Shown here: positions 8,210 through 17,298 of the stretch, one piece after another | How positions within the stretch are numbered: position 1 is the first letter of the stretch | How the letters are laid out: the number at the start of each line of letters is the position of its first letter | NCBI GenBank assembly: GCA_021815445.1 | Contig: JAKAGM010000002.1 | Coordinates: 307,720-371,719 of the forward strand | Direction: 5' to 3' | Origin: a bacterium | GTDB taxonomy: Bacteria; Patescibacteriota; Patescibacteriia; UBA10025 | DNA: 64,000 bases | Notes under the pieces: generated by a model | The model's database searches: none | What the model saw: the letters and a program-made list of their open reading frames with translations, nothing else | Told to the model about the DNA's origin: nothing | Translations under genes and position numbers: made by a program

Positions 8210-9258
8210 ATAAGCGAGACAGATCTACATTTTGGTCGTTTGTCCTCTACAGCGCGAGCGGAATATTCGGTATTAGTGCCGCCGCGGTGCTTGGCGGTGC
8301 GCTCCTGCCTCATATATCTTCCTCAGTGGGAATTCTCCTCGCACGCGTGGTGCATACGTGCAGCCAATTACTTTCGACTGTTGCAGGGCGGGATATTTTC
8401 CTCAGCTCATTGAACGCGCTTATTCTGCTTTTCGTGGGAGCCTTTTTCCTGACAGGTGCTGGTCTTTTTTTCCATGCCTCGTGGAAGACTGGACGGTACG
8501 TCTCATCTTTGCGAAAAAAAATTTTTCACCTTTCGGATTCTCGAAAAAAGATGTTCAATACAATGTTTCCGTCACTTACCCTCGTCGGAGTGGATGATCA
8601 GCATCCCTTCGTAGTGAGCGCCGGTTTGTTCAAACCGAAAATATACGTCAGCGCCGGTTTGTTGACTCTCTTATCGGACGATGAGCTTGTAAGCGTTTTT
8701 AAACACGAGGAATACCATTGCAGAAATCGGGACACCGCACGTTTGTTTATCGTGCATTTTTTCAGAAAACTGTTTTGGTTCGTTCCCGGCATTTCAAAGT
8801 TTGCCGCACAGGTCCAGACACTTTTTGAAATATCAGCTGATGAGCACGCTATCCACGCACTTGGTGATGATACGGCACTCGGGAGTGCACTTGTAAAAGT
8901 ACTTCGCCACCCGTCTCATTCGGCGATACCGGAACTCATTCCGGCTTTTTCTTCGGTGAATGATCGCATTGGGCGGCTTCTAGACGCGTCCTACAAACCT
9001 TCGACACGTGCAGCCGTGGCGGTGCCGATTTTTGGGATACTATTCCTGCTTCTTTCGGTGTTCTTTGCCCGAGGCAGTTTCGCCGCACCCAATGTTGCTT
9101 TTGACGGTTTCGAATTGCATAAGATGTCCCAGTCAAGAATATGTCCACAAATTGTTCCCGAACTGCTCATGAGCGTTCCTCAGAACCGTGTCTGCGTCCA
9201 CCCGCAAAATAGTACGCAGGCGCCGTCATGCGGCGAAACACACCCTACAACTAACTAG
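8206..9258 (+). CDS. BlaR1/MecR1-like M56 integral-membrane metalloprotease (anti-repressor), lacking a penicillin-binding sensor domain
   Basis: Four TM helices. The motif HEEYH (HExxH) sits in FKHEEYHCRNRD. At 350 aa there is no room for the C-terminal BlaR sensor domain. Start overlaps the repressor gene stop. Confidence 0.75.
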   Translation: MNKRDRSTFWSFVLYSASGIFGISAAAVLGGALLPHISSSVGILLARVVHTCSQLLSTVAGRDIFLSSLNALILLFVGAFFLTGAGLFFHASWKTGRYVSSLRKKIFHLSDSRKKMFNTMFPSLTLVGVDDQHPFVVSAGLFKPKIYVSAGLLTLLSDDELVSVFKHEEYHCRNRDTARLFIVHFFRKLFWFVPGISKFAAQVQTLFEISADEHAIHALGDDTALGSALVKVLRHPSHSAIPELIPAFSSVNDRIGRLLDASYKPSTRAAVAVPIFGILFLLLSVFFARGSFAAPNVAFDGFELHKMSQSRICPQIVPELLMSVPQNRVCVHPQNSTQAPSCGETHPTTN

Positions 9259-9276
9259 AGAACATGCACTCATTAT

Positions 9277-10230
9277 ATGTCTGATACCATCACAAAAGAT
9301 ATTTGGATCCAGGGTATGCACTGTGACGCATGCGAAAAAACTATCCGCAAATCATTGGAACGCATAGGGGTAGGTGTTGAAGATATTCGTTATACTAATA
9401 ATCGTGTTGAATTACTCTATGATCCGCTGAGAGTGCCTTTCTCCCAAATTGAAGGTGCCGTCGCTGACGTCGGGTACCGCGTGCGAGAAACTCCTCCCGA
9501 GGAATCAGGTCCGCGGGAAACTTCAATTGAGCGCGCCAAAAGGGTTTTTCATTCTTTTCGAAATGACCCTGAAGCGTATCAACTGGAAAAACAAGTCATC
9601 AAAAGCACGCTCGGTACGTTGTTTATTGCGGCGGCATTAGAGTATCTCATCTATTTTATTTTCTTTTGGAACATTCAAGGATTTCTCCATACCTACGGCC
9701 AATATCTTGGGTACTTGATTGTCGGTGTCGTCGCAACAGGAGGAGCGGTAAGGCACTTACGGGCGTATCAGGGGGCCGTTTCATGCATGACAGGAATGAT
9801 GATTGGAATGACCATCGGGATGATTTCCGGCCTGCTTCTGGGGGCAGTTGTTGGCGCAACCAACGGCATGTTCGTTGGCTCTGTTTTCGGGATGGCTGTC
9901 GGTATGGCCGTCGGCGGCTGGGTAGGGGTGTGTTGTGGGATCATGGGACTCATGGAAGGCATGATGGCGGGGCTTATGGGCGGCACTATGGGCGCGATGA
10001 TCGGGGTGATGATGATTCCCGACAGACTCACGCTCTTTTTGCCGATATTCTTTGTCGCATGTCTTGCAATACTCGCAGGTCTTAGCTATATGGTGTACAA
10101 GGAGCACAAAGGCGCGCGAGACGAGGTAAAGTTGTATGGATTCTGGCCGTATACTTTTATCAATTTTGCATTCGTTCTTGCGGGAACCATCATCATCGTG
10201 TGGGGACCCAAGGCGGCATTTTTACGTTAA
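9277..10230 (+). CDS. HMA (CopZ-like) domain fused to a Met/Gly-rich polytopic membrane domain
   Basis: N-terminal GMHCDAC heavy-metal-associated motif. The membrane part is glycine-zipper/Met-rich (GMMIGMTIGMISG...GMAVGMAVGGWVGVCCGIMGLMEGMMAGLMGG) and includes a vicinal CC. Confidence 0.65.
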   Translation: MSDTITKDIWIQGMHCDACEKTIRKSLERIGVGVEDIRYTNNRVELLYDPLRVPFSQIEGAVADVGYRVRETPPEESGPRETSIERAKRVFHSFRNDPEAYQLEKQVIKSTLGTLFIAAALEYLIYFIFFWNIQGFLHTYGQYLGYLIVGVVATGGAVRHLRAYQGAVSCMTGMMIGMTIGMISGLLLGAVVGATNGMFVGSVFGMAVGMAVGGWVGVCCGIMGLMEGMMAGLMGGTMGAMIGVMMIPDRLTLFLPIFFVACLAILAGLSYMVYKEHKGARDEVKLYGFWPYTFINFAFVLAGTIIIVWGPKAAFLR

Positions 10231-10236
10231 CGAAAA

Positions 10237-10461
10237 ATGGATACTCTTACGCTTTCAATTTCGGGCATGCATTGCGCATCCTGCAGTAAACTGATCACTA
10301 TGGACCTGGAAGACATCGGCGTGACAGCCAGTATTGATCGCGACACCGGAAAGGGCAAAGTTACATTTGATCCTCAAAAAGTTTCGCAGGACCAAATACT
10401 CGATCAAATCAAAAAAAGCGGTTATCAGGCGTCAGTTATCACGGGTGGGACAGCACAATGA
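10237..10461 (+). CDS. copZ: Copper chaperone CopZ (single HMA domain)
   Basis: 74 aa with GMHCASC. Confidence 0.85.
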   Translation: MDTLTLSISGMHCASCSKLITMDLEDIGVTASIDRDTGKGKVTFDPQKVSQDQILDQIKKSGYQASVITGGTAQ

Positions 10462-11216
10462 ACGTCACTCAATTACCGCTTGCACTTTCTTTTGTCTTCG
10501 GTGTTCTTTCCATCATATCCCCCTGCGTGATAGTTTTGCTGCCCGCGTACTTGGCCACCATCACGGGGTTCAGCATCGAAGAGCTCACTTCAGCAGAACA
10601 CGAGAGCATTGTCCTTCGAAGGATACTTGGAAATGCGCTCGGGTTTATTCTCGGCTTCTTCCTGGTTTTTATCCCTCTAGGTGCGCTGATCGGTGTGGCG
10701 GCAACTGCGATAGGAAGCGCACGATCGGTTTTCGCGGTCGTCGCGGGCGTCATCGTCGTGCTCCTCGGGATGAATTTCCTGTATCCGCTCCCTTTTCTCA
10801 GGTGGATCAACACCGATGTCCGGATTCGCTGGAAACCTCGCGGCTATTCGTTCATCAGTAATATTTTCTTCGGCGCCGTATTCGCTTTTGTATGGACTCC
10901 CTGCGTTGGACCGTATCTCGTGGCTGTCACAGCTCTGGTCGGGTCGACGGGAGACATCGGCAAAGGCGTAGCGTACTTTTCTCTCTACGCACTCGGTCTG
11001 GCGATAAGCATGCTCGTATTTACTGTCTTTTACACCAAAGTGGCATTCGTGACGAATTTTCTCAAACAACACTCGCGGTCTATCCAAGTAATCAGCGGAA
11101 TTCTCCTTATCACCATCGGCATTCTCATGATATCCGACAAACTCTATCTTACCAACATTGCTATCAATAAATTCTTCGGCGGTTTCCAACCCGAATCGTG
11201 GTTTATTAATTCATAA
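10458..11216 (+). CDS. ccdA: CcdA-family thiol-disulfide transporter (second copy)
   Basis: ISPCVIVLLPAYL in TM1, with a second Cys motif TPCVGPYL. Confidence 0.8.
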   Translation: MNVTQLPLALSFVFGVLSIISPCVIVLLPAYLATITGFSIEELTSAEHESIVLRRILGNALGFILGFFLVFIPLGALIGVAATAIGSARSVFAVVAGVIVVLLGMNFLYPLPFLRWINTDVRIRWKPRGYSFISNIFFGAVFAFVWTPCVGPYLVAVTALVGSTGDIGKGVAYFSLYALGLAISMLVFTVFYTKVAFVTNFLKQHSRSIQVISGILLITIGILMISDKLYLTNIAINKFFGGFQPESWFINS

Positions 11217-11227
11217 TATACAGCACT

Positions 11228-11659
11228 ATGGCCTCACAAAAATCAGACAGTTCGCATTTTATCAGAAATATGATGATCGTCATGGGCATTGTCACTGCTC
11301 TCAGCGGTGCAGCTGCCTGGCGTCTCGGTTCACGGGCGACAATTACGCCGAGAACAAGTGACACCACGGTTGCCGACGATTTGTCCGGAAGCGCGCAAGA
11401 CGCTGTTTCTATCACCGTAGCGTCCTCAGGATATACTCCGGGGGAAATCACGGTACCTCAGGGCAAGAAAGTTCGCCTCAACCTTGTCACCAACGGCACG
11501 TACGGATGCATCCGCTCTTTTGTCATCCCGAAACTTGGGATTTCAAAAACTCTCCCGACAAGCGGCACGACAACCGTCGAGTTTACTCCGACGGAAAAGG
11601 GGACACTCGCGTTCCAGTGTTCCATGGGGATGTTCAGGGGAAATATTAAAGTCATATAA
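11228..11659 (+). CDS. Cupredoxin-like (Cupredoxin_1/EfeO-N-type) protein with N-terminal TM anchor
   Basis: C-terminal YGC...FQCSMGMFRGNIKV copper-site-like motif. Paralogous to the next gene. Confidence 0.6.
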   Translation: MASQKSDSSHFIRNMMIVMGIVTALSGAAAWRLGSRATITPRTSDTTVADDLSGSAQDAVSITVASSGYTPGEITVPQGKKVRLNLVTNGTYGCIRSFVIPKLGISKTLPTSGTTTVEFTPTEKGTLAFQCSMGMFRGNIKVI

Positions 11660-11665
11660 ATTTTC

Positions 11666-12037
11666 ATGGACCCGCGCCAACTGATTGGCATTGTTCTGAT
11701 CGCACTAGTCGTAGGGCTTTTTTTTCTGTGGCTGAGGTTCCAGCGGCGCCAAGAGCGCGCCTCAGAGAGCGGTGGTATCCAAGAGGTTACCATTCTCGTC
11801 AAGGGAGCGTACGATCCGAACGTGATTACCGCAAAGGCCGGCATACCCCTTCGTATCCATTTTAACCGGCAGGAAGATACTGACTGCTCCCGGTTTGTTA
11901 CCTTCGATACGCTCCATCTAAGAAAGAATTTAAAATCCTTTTCGACAACCGAAATCGAATTTACCCCAGAAAAAGCGGGCGAGTATCCTTTCGCATGCGA
12001 TATGGGCATGTATCAGGGAAAGTTGATCGTAAAATAG
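11666..12037 (+). CDS. Cupredoxin-like protein (tandem paralog)
   Basis: FACDMGMYQGKLIVK C-terminus with the same architecture. Single TM anchor. Confidence 0.6.
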   Translation: MDPRQLIGIVLIALVVGLFFLWLRFQRRQERASESGGIQEVTILVKGAYDPNVITAKAGIPLRIHFNRQEDTDCSRFVTFDTLHLRKNLKSFSTTEIEFTPEKAGEYPFACDMGMYQGKLIVK

Positions 12038-12046
12038 TAGAGACAT

Positions 12047-14341
12047 ATGGGACAGCAGACGACGACATTATCACTTCGGGGAATGCATTGCGCGAGTTGC
12101 GCGCAGTTGATTGAGCGCGGGCTCAAAAAGGTTCCGGGGGTGCAGCAAGCCAACGTAAATTACGGCACCGAACGAGCCCATGTAGTGTTCGACTCGGTGA
12201 CTGCCTCGGTTGATTCCTTGATTCGGGGCGTGGAGAATGTCGGGTATCATGCCAAGGAACTAAAAGAAGACCGTCAGTCGCGCCAGTCAGAAGACGACGA
12301 ACGTCGCCGGGAGATACAGAAAATCAAGACAAAATTTTTTATCAGTCTCGTCCTATCCCTCCCCGTGCTCGTGCTCAGTATGGGCATGAAGATTGTTCCC
12401 GCGATCGAAAATATACCGAATCGCGAATGGATCCAGTTTCTCTTTGCGACGCCCATTCAGTTTTGGGCCGGGTGGCAGTTCTATCGTGGATTCTGGGGGG
12501 CGCTGAAGGCCCGTACGGCGAATATGGACAGTCTCATCGCCCTCGGCACCTCCGCGGCGTATTTTTACTCCTTAGTCGTTATCCTCAAGCTTGTTGAGGG
12601 GGAAGTATACTTTGAAATAGGGAGCATTCTGATTGCATTCGTTCTCCTGGGCAAATGGCTCGAGGCGCGAGCCAAAGGCAAGACAGGAGAAGCCATCAAA
12701 AAGCTCATGGGCCTGGCGCCCACTACTGCGTTTGTTATTCGCGGCGAGAGGGAGCTGGAGATCCCGCTCGAACAGGTGGTCGTCGGGGATCATATCCGGG
12801 TGAAACCGGGGTCGAAGATTCCTGTTGACGGCATGGTTGAAGATGGCGTTTCGTCGGTTGATGAGTCAATGATAACCGGCGAAAGCATTCCAGTAGAAAA
12901 AAGCGCCGGAACGGCGGTGATCGGCGGAACTATCAATATCCACGGCTCATTCGTCTTCCAGGCGAAAAAGATTGGGAAAGAAACGTTACTTGCCGGAATT
13001 ATTAAGCTCGTTGAGGATGCTCAGGCGTCCAAGGCGCCCATTCAGCGTTTTGCCGACCGGGTATCGGCGTATTTTGTCCCTATAGTCATCGCGCTCGCGC
13101 TCATTACCTTTCTGTCATGGTATTTTATCGCGGCCCAGCCGTTTGTTTCCAGTTTACTCGCGTTTGTCGCCGTGCTAGTCATCGCCTGCCCCTGCGCGCT
13201 CGGTCTCGCCACTCCTACGGCAATTATTACTGGCACGGGACTGGGCGCGTCGCGGGGCATTCTCATCAAAGGCGGTGAAGCGCTTGAAGCAGCCAGAAAA
13301 ATCGACACGGTGGTTTTTGACAAGACGGGGACCCTGACGATAGGCAAGCCGCTGGTCACGGATATTGTCCAGCTTGAAGAAGGCCAGAAAGCGCTCACCT
13401 TTTTTATTCATCAGATGGCCGGCACGCATATTGAAGATATCCTGCTCCAGGTCGCCGCATCACTCGAGGCGCAATCGGAGCACTCGTTGGCTGAGGCCAT
13501 TGTCAAAGAGGCAAAAGTTCGAAAATTGCCGTTATTTGCCATACGGAATTTTTCCGCGCAGCCGGGCAGAGGAGTGTATGCTGAAATTGTTCCCGCAGAC
13601 GGCGTTACATCAACAGTCAATGTACTTCTAGGTAATAGGAAGATGATGGTCGAAGCGGGGATACCTCTAGGTTCCGCCGAATCCTTTATGCATGCACTTG
13701 AGGAACAGGGCAAGACAGTGATGGCGGTCGGCATACTCGGCCAGCAGGGATCTACGCATGTTGTTGCGGGGCTTATCGCCGTCTCTGATGTTCCAAAGCA
13801 GGATGCCAGAGAAGCGGTTCGCGCGCTCACAGAACGTGGAATTTCTGTCGCGATGATTACCGGCGACAACAGGAGGACCGGAGAGGCTATCGCGCGGCAG
13901 CTGGGCATCACCCGAGTTCTGGCCGAAGTATTGCCCCAGGACAAAGCCGACGAAGTAAAGAAACTTCAGGCAGAAGGGAAGAAAGTGGCTTTTGTCGGGG
14001 ATGGAGTCAATGATGCTCCGGCGCTTGCCTCGGCAGATCTCGGCATTGCCATCGGCTCGGGGACTGACGTTGCGCTCGAGGCCGGGCAGATTGTGCTGGT
14101 AAAAAACAATTTACTCGATGTCGTCAGAGCTATCCGACTTTCTCAGGCGACGTTTCGTAAAATTGTCCAAAATCTTTTTTGGGCCCTTATCTACAATGTC
14201 GCCGGCATACCCATCGCGGCAGGGGCATTGTACGGGGTGCTCGGATGGCAACTGAGACCCGAAATTGCCGGAGCGGCTATGGCTCTGTCCAGTGTCTCTG
14301 TTGTGACAAATTCTCTTCTTTTAAAGCGATTTCGAGCATAA
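12047..14341 (+). CDS. copA: Copper-translocating P1B-type ATPase CopA
   Basis: N-terminal HMA (GMHCASC), CPC motif ([11 protein letters not shown]), DKTGTLT phosphorylation site and the GDGVNDAP hinge. Confidence 0.95.
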   Translation: MGQQTTTLSLRGMHCASCAQLIERGLKKVPGVQQANVNYGTERAHVVFDSVTASVDSLIRGVENVGYHAKELKEDRQSRQSEDDERRREIQKIKTKFFISLVLSLPVLVLSMGMKIVPAIENIPNREWIQFLFATPIQFWAGWQFYRGFWGALKARTANMDSLIALGTSAAYFYSLVVILKLVEGEVYFEIGSILIAFVLLGKWLEARAKGKTGEAIKKLMGLAPTTAFVIRGERELEIPLEQVVVGDHIRVKPGSKIPVDGMVEDGVSSVDESMITGESIPVEKSAGTAVIGGTINIHGSFVFQAKKIGKETLLAGIIKLVEDAQASKAPIQRFADRVSAYFVPIVIALALITFLSWYFIAAQPFVSSLLAFVAVLVIACPCALGLATPTAIITGTGLGASRGILIKGGEALEAARKIDTVVFDKTGTLTIGKPLVTDIVQLEEGQKALTFFIHQMAGTHIEDILLQVAASLEAQSEHSLAEAIVKEAKVRKLPLFAIRNFSAQPGRGVYAEIVPADGVTSTVNVLLGNRKMMVEAGIPLGSAESFMHALEEQGKTVMAVGILGQQGSTHVVAGLIAVSDVPKQDAREAVRALTERGISVAMITGDNRRTGEAIARQLGITRVLAEVLPQDKADEVKKLQAEGKKVAFVGDGVNDAPALASADLGIAIGSGTDVALEAGQIVLVKNNLLDVVRAIRLSQATFRKIVQNLFWALIYNVAGIPIAAGALYGVLGWQLRPEIAGAAMALSSVSVVTNSLLLKRFRA

Positions 14342-14375
14342 ACTGTTCTTGAGAAAGCTTGTGTATAACTAATAC

Positions 14376-14412
14376 TTGACCTGCGTGAATATTCTACTAC
14401 AATAAGTAGTAG
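14376..14412 (+). promoter_or_regulatory. Promoter with BlaI/CopY-type operator dyad (copy 3 of 3), upstream of the DsbA-like genes
   Basis: TTGACC, a 16-nt spacer, then TACAAT. It is overlapped by CTACTAC-aataa-GTAGTAG, which has the same half-sites and 5-bp spacing as sites 1 and 2 but a different spacer sequence. Confidence 0.6.
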
Positions 14413-14426
14413 CTCTTTGAAAGATA

Positions 14427-15209
14427 TTGCGTCTAAAGGGCAAGTTACCTTCCTTATGGTATACTGGAATCATTATGGCTGGTATCCCACCACTAGAACC
14501 CGTAAAAAAGCCGTTGGTACTCCGATGGTGGTTTTTGATGACAGTTTTTTTGGCCGTAATAATAGCCGGTTCGTTTGGGATGTTAGTGTATGAAAATTAC
14601 CGCGCCCTCCAGAAAGGTGAGATAAGCATTGCAGGAGGTATCACGCGGGATCCGAACGCTACGGCGACAAATGTAGCGATTGCCAATGTGGTCACTGATG
14701 ACGACCCTTCTCTTGGTCCTAAAGATGCCAAGGTGGTCGTAGTCGAGTTTGCCGATTTTCAATGTCCGTATTGTCAGGAGGCATTTCCCATTATCAGGGA
14801 GCTTACGGTGAAGTACGCAGACAAGGTCCGGTTTATTTATCGTGATTTTCCCGTGGGCAGTGTGCACCCGGACGCCCAAAACGCGGCAATAGCAGCGTCG
14901 TGCGTAGCCAAGCAGGATCAGGTGAAGTTTTGGCTCTATCATGACAAACTTTACCTGAACCAGGAAGATTTAGGCCAGGACGCACTCTTAAGATACGCCC
15001 TGCAGGTAGGCGCAGACGAACAGAAGTTTCTCGCATGCATCAATGATTCGAGCGTTGCCCAGGAGGTTCAAAATGATTATCAGGACGGCATTATCGCCGG
15101 CGTGACGGGGACTCCGACATTCTTTATAGACGGCAGGCGGGTACCGGGGGTGATCCCTCTCGATATCTTCACAAAGGCGCTTGATTCCGAACTTTCCAAA
15201 CAACAATAA
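14427..15209 (+). CDS. Membrane-anchored DsbA-like thiol:disulfide oxidoreductase
   Basis: FADFQCPYCQEAFP CxxC motif in a DsbA fold. N-terminal TM. Alternative start at 14475. Confidence 0.75.
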   Translation: MRLKGKLPSLWYTGIIMAGIPPLEPVKKPLVLRWWFLMTVFLAVIIAGSFGMLVYENYRALQKGEISIAGGITRDPNATATNVAIANVVTDDDPSLGPKDAKVVVVEFADFQCPYCQEAFPIIRELTVKYADKVRFIYRDFPVGSVHPDAQNAAIAASCVAKQDQVKFWLYHDKLYLNQEDLGQDALLRYALQVGADEQKFLACINDSSVAQEVQNDYQDGIIAGVTGTPTFFIDGRRVPGVIPLDIFTKALDSELSKQQ

Positions 15210-15356
15210 ACCACAGACGTAAACAGTCGGTCACCCTACGCCAGTCCAATTCTTTCTTTGGTCGCTGACATGAGAAAGTGAAGCGGGTTGACTACTTTAC
15301 GCCTGCTGGTATACTAGGACGACTACCTCTAATTATTTTTTAAAAGTTTCGTTACT

Positions 15357-16136
15357 ATGGAGAAAGAACAAAAGATAACTCACCAATCAGAGGACGGTAT
15401 TTTCCAGGCGTCGCCAAAAGTGACGTTTTACTTGGGATTGCTGTCGGGTATCACGCTTGTCAGCGTCATCGGTTTCTTTTTAACCTTTTCGATGCTACGA
15501 AGCGGATCTGTCGTGACAAAGAACACAAACTCAGGAACCAATGGGACGGTCGCCGGTGCAGATACAAACACGAATACTGCTGCTGCTCCTGCAGCTGCCC
15601 CGACAGCACCCGTTGATATCAAACTCACCGCTGATGACCACGTGAAGGGTAATGCAAATGCCAAGGTAACTCTGGTAGAATATTCTGACTTCCAGTGCCC
15701 GTTTTGCGCTACAGTCAGACCAACATTGGATCAAGTTATGAAGGACTATGGGGATAAAGTAAAACTTGTGTATCGCAATTATCCTCTGACTTCACTGCAT
15801 CCGATGGCCCAAAAGGCGGCAGAAGCATCAGAGTGCGCATCTGAGCAAGGGAAATTCTGGGAGATGCACGATAAACTCTTCGACCAGAATACTGCGGGCA
15901 CGATGAGCGTGGATAACTTCAAGAAAGCTGCCGGAGAGTTAAAACTCAACCAGAGCCAGTTTGATACCTGTCTCGACACAGGAAAGTATGCGAGCAAGGT
16001 TACAGCCTCCGAGACCGAGGGGACTTCATTCGGCGTGCAAGGCACCCCGGCGACTTTCGTCAACGGCGTGCTTATTTCCGGTGCGGTGCCATATGCGCAG
16101 TTTAAGACTGCGATAGACAACGCATTGAGCTCCTGA
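15357..16136 (+). CDS. Membrane-anchored DsbA-like thiol:disulfide oxidoreductase (paralog)
   Basis: YSDFQCPFCATVRP. An Ala/Thr-rich linker follows the TM anchor. Confidence 0.75.
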   Translation: MEKEQKITHQSEDGIFQASPKVTFYLGLLSGITLVSVIGFFLTFSMLRSGSVVTKNTNSGTNGTVAGADTNTNTAAAPAAAPTAPVDIKLTADDHVKGNANAKVTLVEYSDFQCPFCATVRPTLDQVMKDYGDKVKLVYRNYPLTSLHPMAQKAAEASECASEQGKFWEMHDKLFDQNTAGTMSVDNFKKAAGELKLNQSQFDTCLDTGKYASKVTASETEGTSFGVQGTPATFVNGVLISGAVPYAQFKTAIDNALSS

Positions 16137-16148
16137 GACCACTTTAAG

Positions 16149-16979
16149 ATGATTTTTGGAAGCGCCCTACCGAATCCGATCGCGTTGTCGGTGGGCGCTT
16201 TTGGTATTCGGTGGTACGCGCTTATCATTGTAAGCGCTATAGTAGCCGGGTTTAGCATCACGCGAAGGATGGCGCGCCAACAAGGAATCCAGGATGAAAC
16301 TGTGTGGGATATTCTGCTCTTCACGATTCCCGCGGCAATTATTTTCGGCAGATTGGCTTTTGTGCTAAGTCACCTTCCTCTCTACTATACGTTTAAAGAT
16401 ACCCTAAAAATTTGGGAAGGCGGCATTTCGAGCCACGGAACTATATTGGGAGGTTTGCTGGTCATTGTACTCATCGCATGGAAGCGACGAATTTCGTTTT
16501 GGATGCTTATGGACATCATTGTTCCCGGCGCCGTGCTCGCACAAGCGATAGGGAGGTGGGGCAACTACATGAATCAAGAGGCATTCGGCCCGCCGACAAA
16601 CCTGCCGTGGGCTGTCCCTATCCAGCCCTCTCTGCGGCCGGATAGATACGCTAACTTCGATTACTTCCATCCCACCTGGCTCTATGAGTCGATCTGGAAT
16701 CTCGTCGTTTTTGTTGTCCTCCTGCTTTTGTTCAAAAGGGTTCGGCATAAACCCGGTGTCCTCGCGGCCATTTATTTCCTTTTGTATTATGCCGGGAGGT
16801 TCGTCCTAGAGTTTTTCCGACTTGATACCGTTTTTGTCGGTGCAGTACGGTTTACCACGTACCTCAGTATCGCTGTAATGATCGTCGCTGTAAGCGTATT
16901 GATTGCGCGTATGCGGAGAGCACCTCAAACATTTGAGGATATAGAGACTATTCAGACCAACAAGCAGGGCACCGCATAG
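16149..16979 (+). CDS. lgt: Prolipoprotein diacylglyceryl transferase Lgt
   Basis: Lgt signature GRWGNYMNQEAFGPPTNLPWAV in a polytopic membrane protein. Confidence 0.85.
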   Translation: MIFGSALPNPIALSVGAFGIRWYALIIVSAIVAGFSITRRMARQQGIQDETVWDILLFTIPAAIIFGRLAFVLSHLPLYYTFKDTLKIWEGGISSHGTILGGLLVIVLIAWKRRISFWMLMDIIVPGAVLAQAIGRWGNYMNQEAFGPPTNLPWAVPIQPSLRPDRYANFDYFHPTWLYESIWNLVVFVVLLLLFKRVRHKPGVLAAIYFLLYYAGRFVLEFFRLDTVFVGAVRFTTYLSIAVMIVAVSVLIARMRRAPQTFEDIETIQTNKQGTA

Positions 16980-17111
16980 GAGCTGTTGAAAAAATATTCC
17001 GCTGACGCTTGCAACTGGCCGGATCTGCACATCGGCACTTATTATTATCTCACCTAGCTCTGTGCGCCCTTGCCTTTTTCCTATGCATAGTGTATTCTCT
17101 GGCGGTACCGT

Positions 17112-17186
17112 CGCGGGGTAGAGCAGTAGCAGCTCGCCGGGCTCATAATCCGGAGGTCGTGGGTGCAAATCCCACCCCCGCAACCA
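17112..17186 (+). tRNA. tRNA-fMet (initiator, anticodon CAT), CCA encoded
   Basis: Cloverleaf with a C1·A72 mismatch and an A11:U24 pair, both initiator signatures. Anticodon loop CTCATAA. The 3' end is ...CCCCGCA-A-CCA. Confidence 0.75.
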
Positions 17187-17200
17187 ATTCGAAAAAATGC

Positions 17201-17274
17201 GGCAGGGTAGCTCAGCTGGTTAGAGCGTGGGACTCATAAGCCCAAGGTCGTGGGTTCGACCCCCACCCCTGCTA
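17201..17274 (+). tRNA. tRNA-Met elongator or tRNA-Ile2 (anticodon CAT), no encoded CCA
   Basis: Cloverleaf with a C11:G24 pair. T-arm GTGGGTTCGACCCCCAC. Anticodon loop contains CAT. Confidence 0.7.
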
Positions 17275-17298
17275 TAAGCTCCCTCACACAGTAATTGC

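Noticed and set aside
9666-10861. Alternative-frame ORFs (9666-10085, 9768-10107, 10334-10861, 10469-10813) across the HMA/Met-rich and CcdA genes
   Set aside because: They sit in overlapping frames of well-supported genes. Their His/Arg-rich products result from frame-shifted Gly/Met codons.
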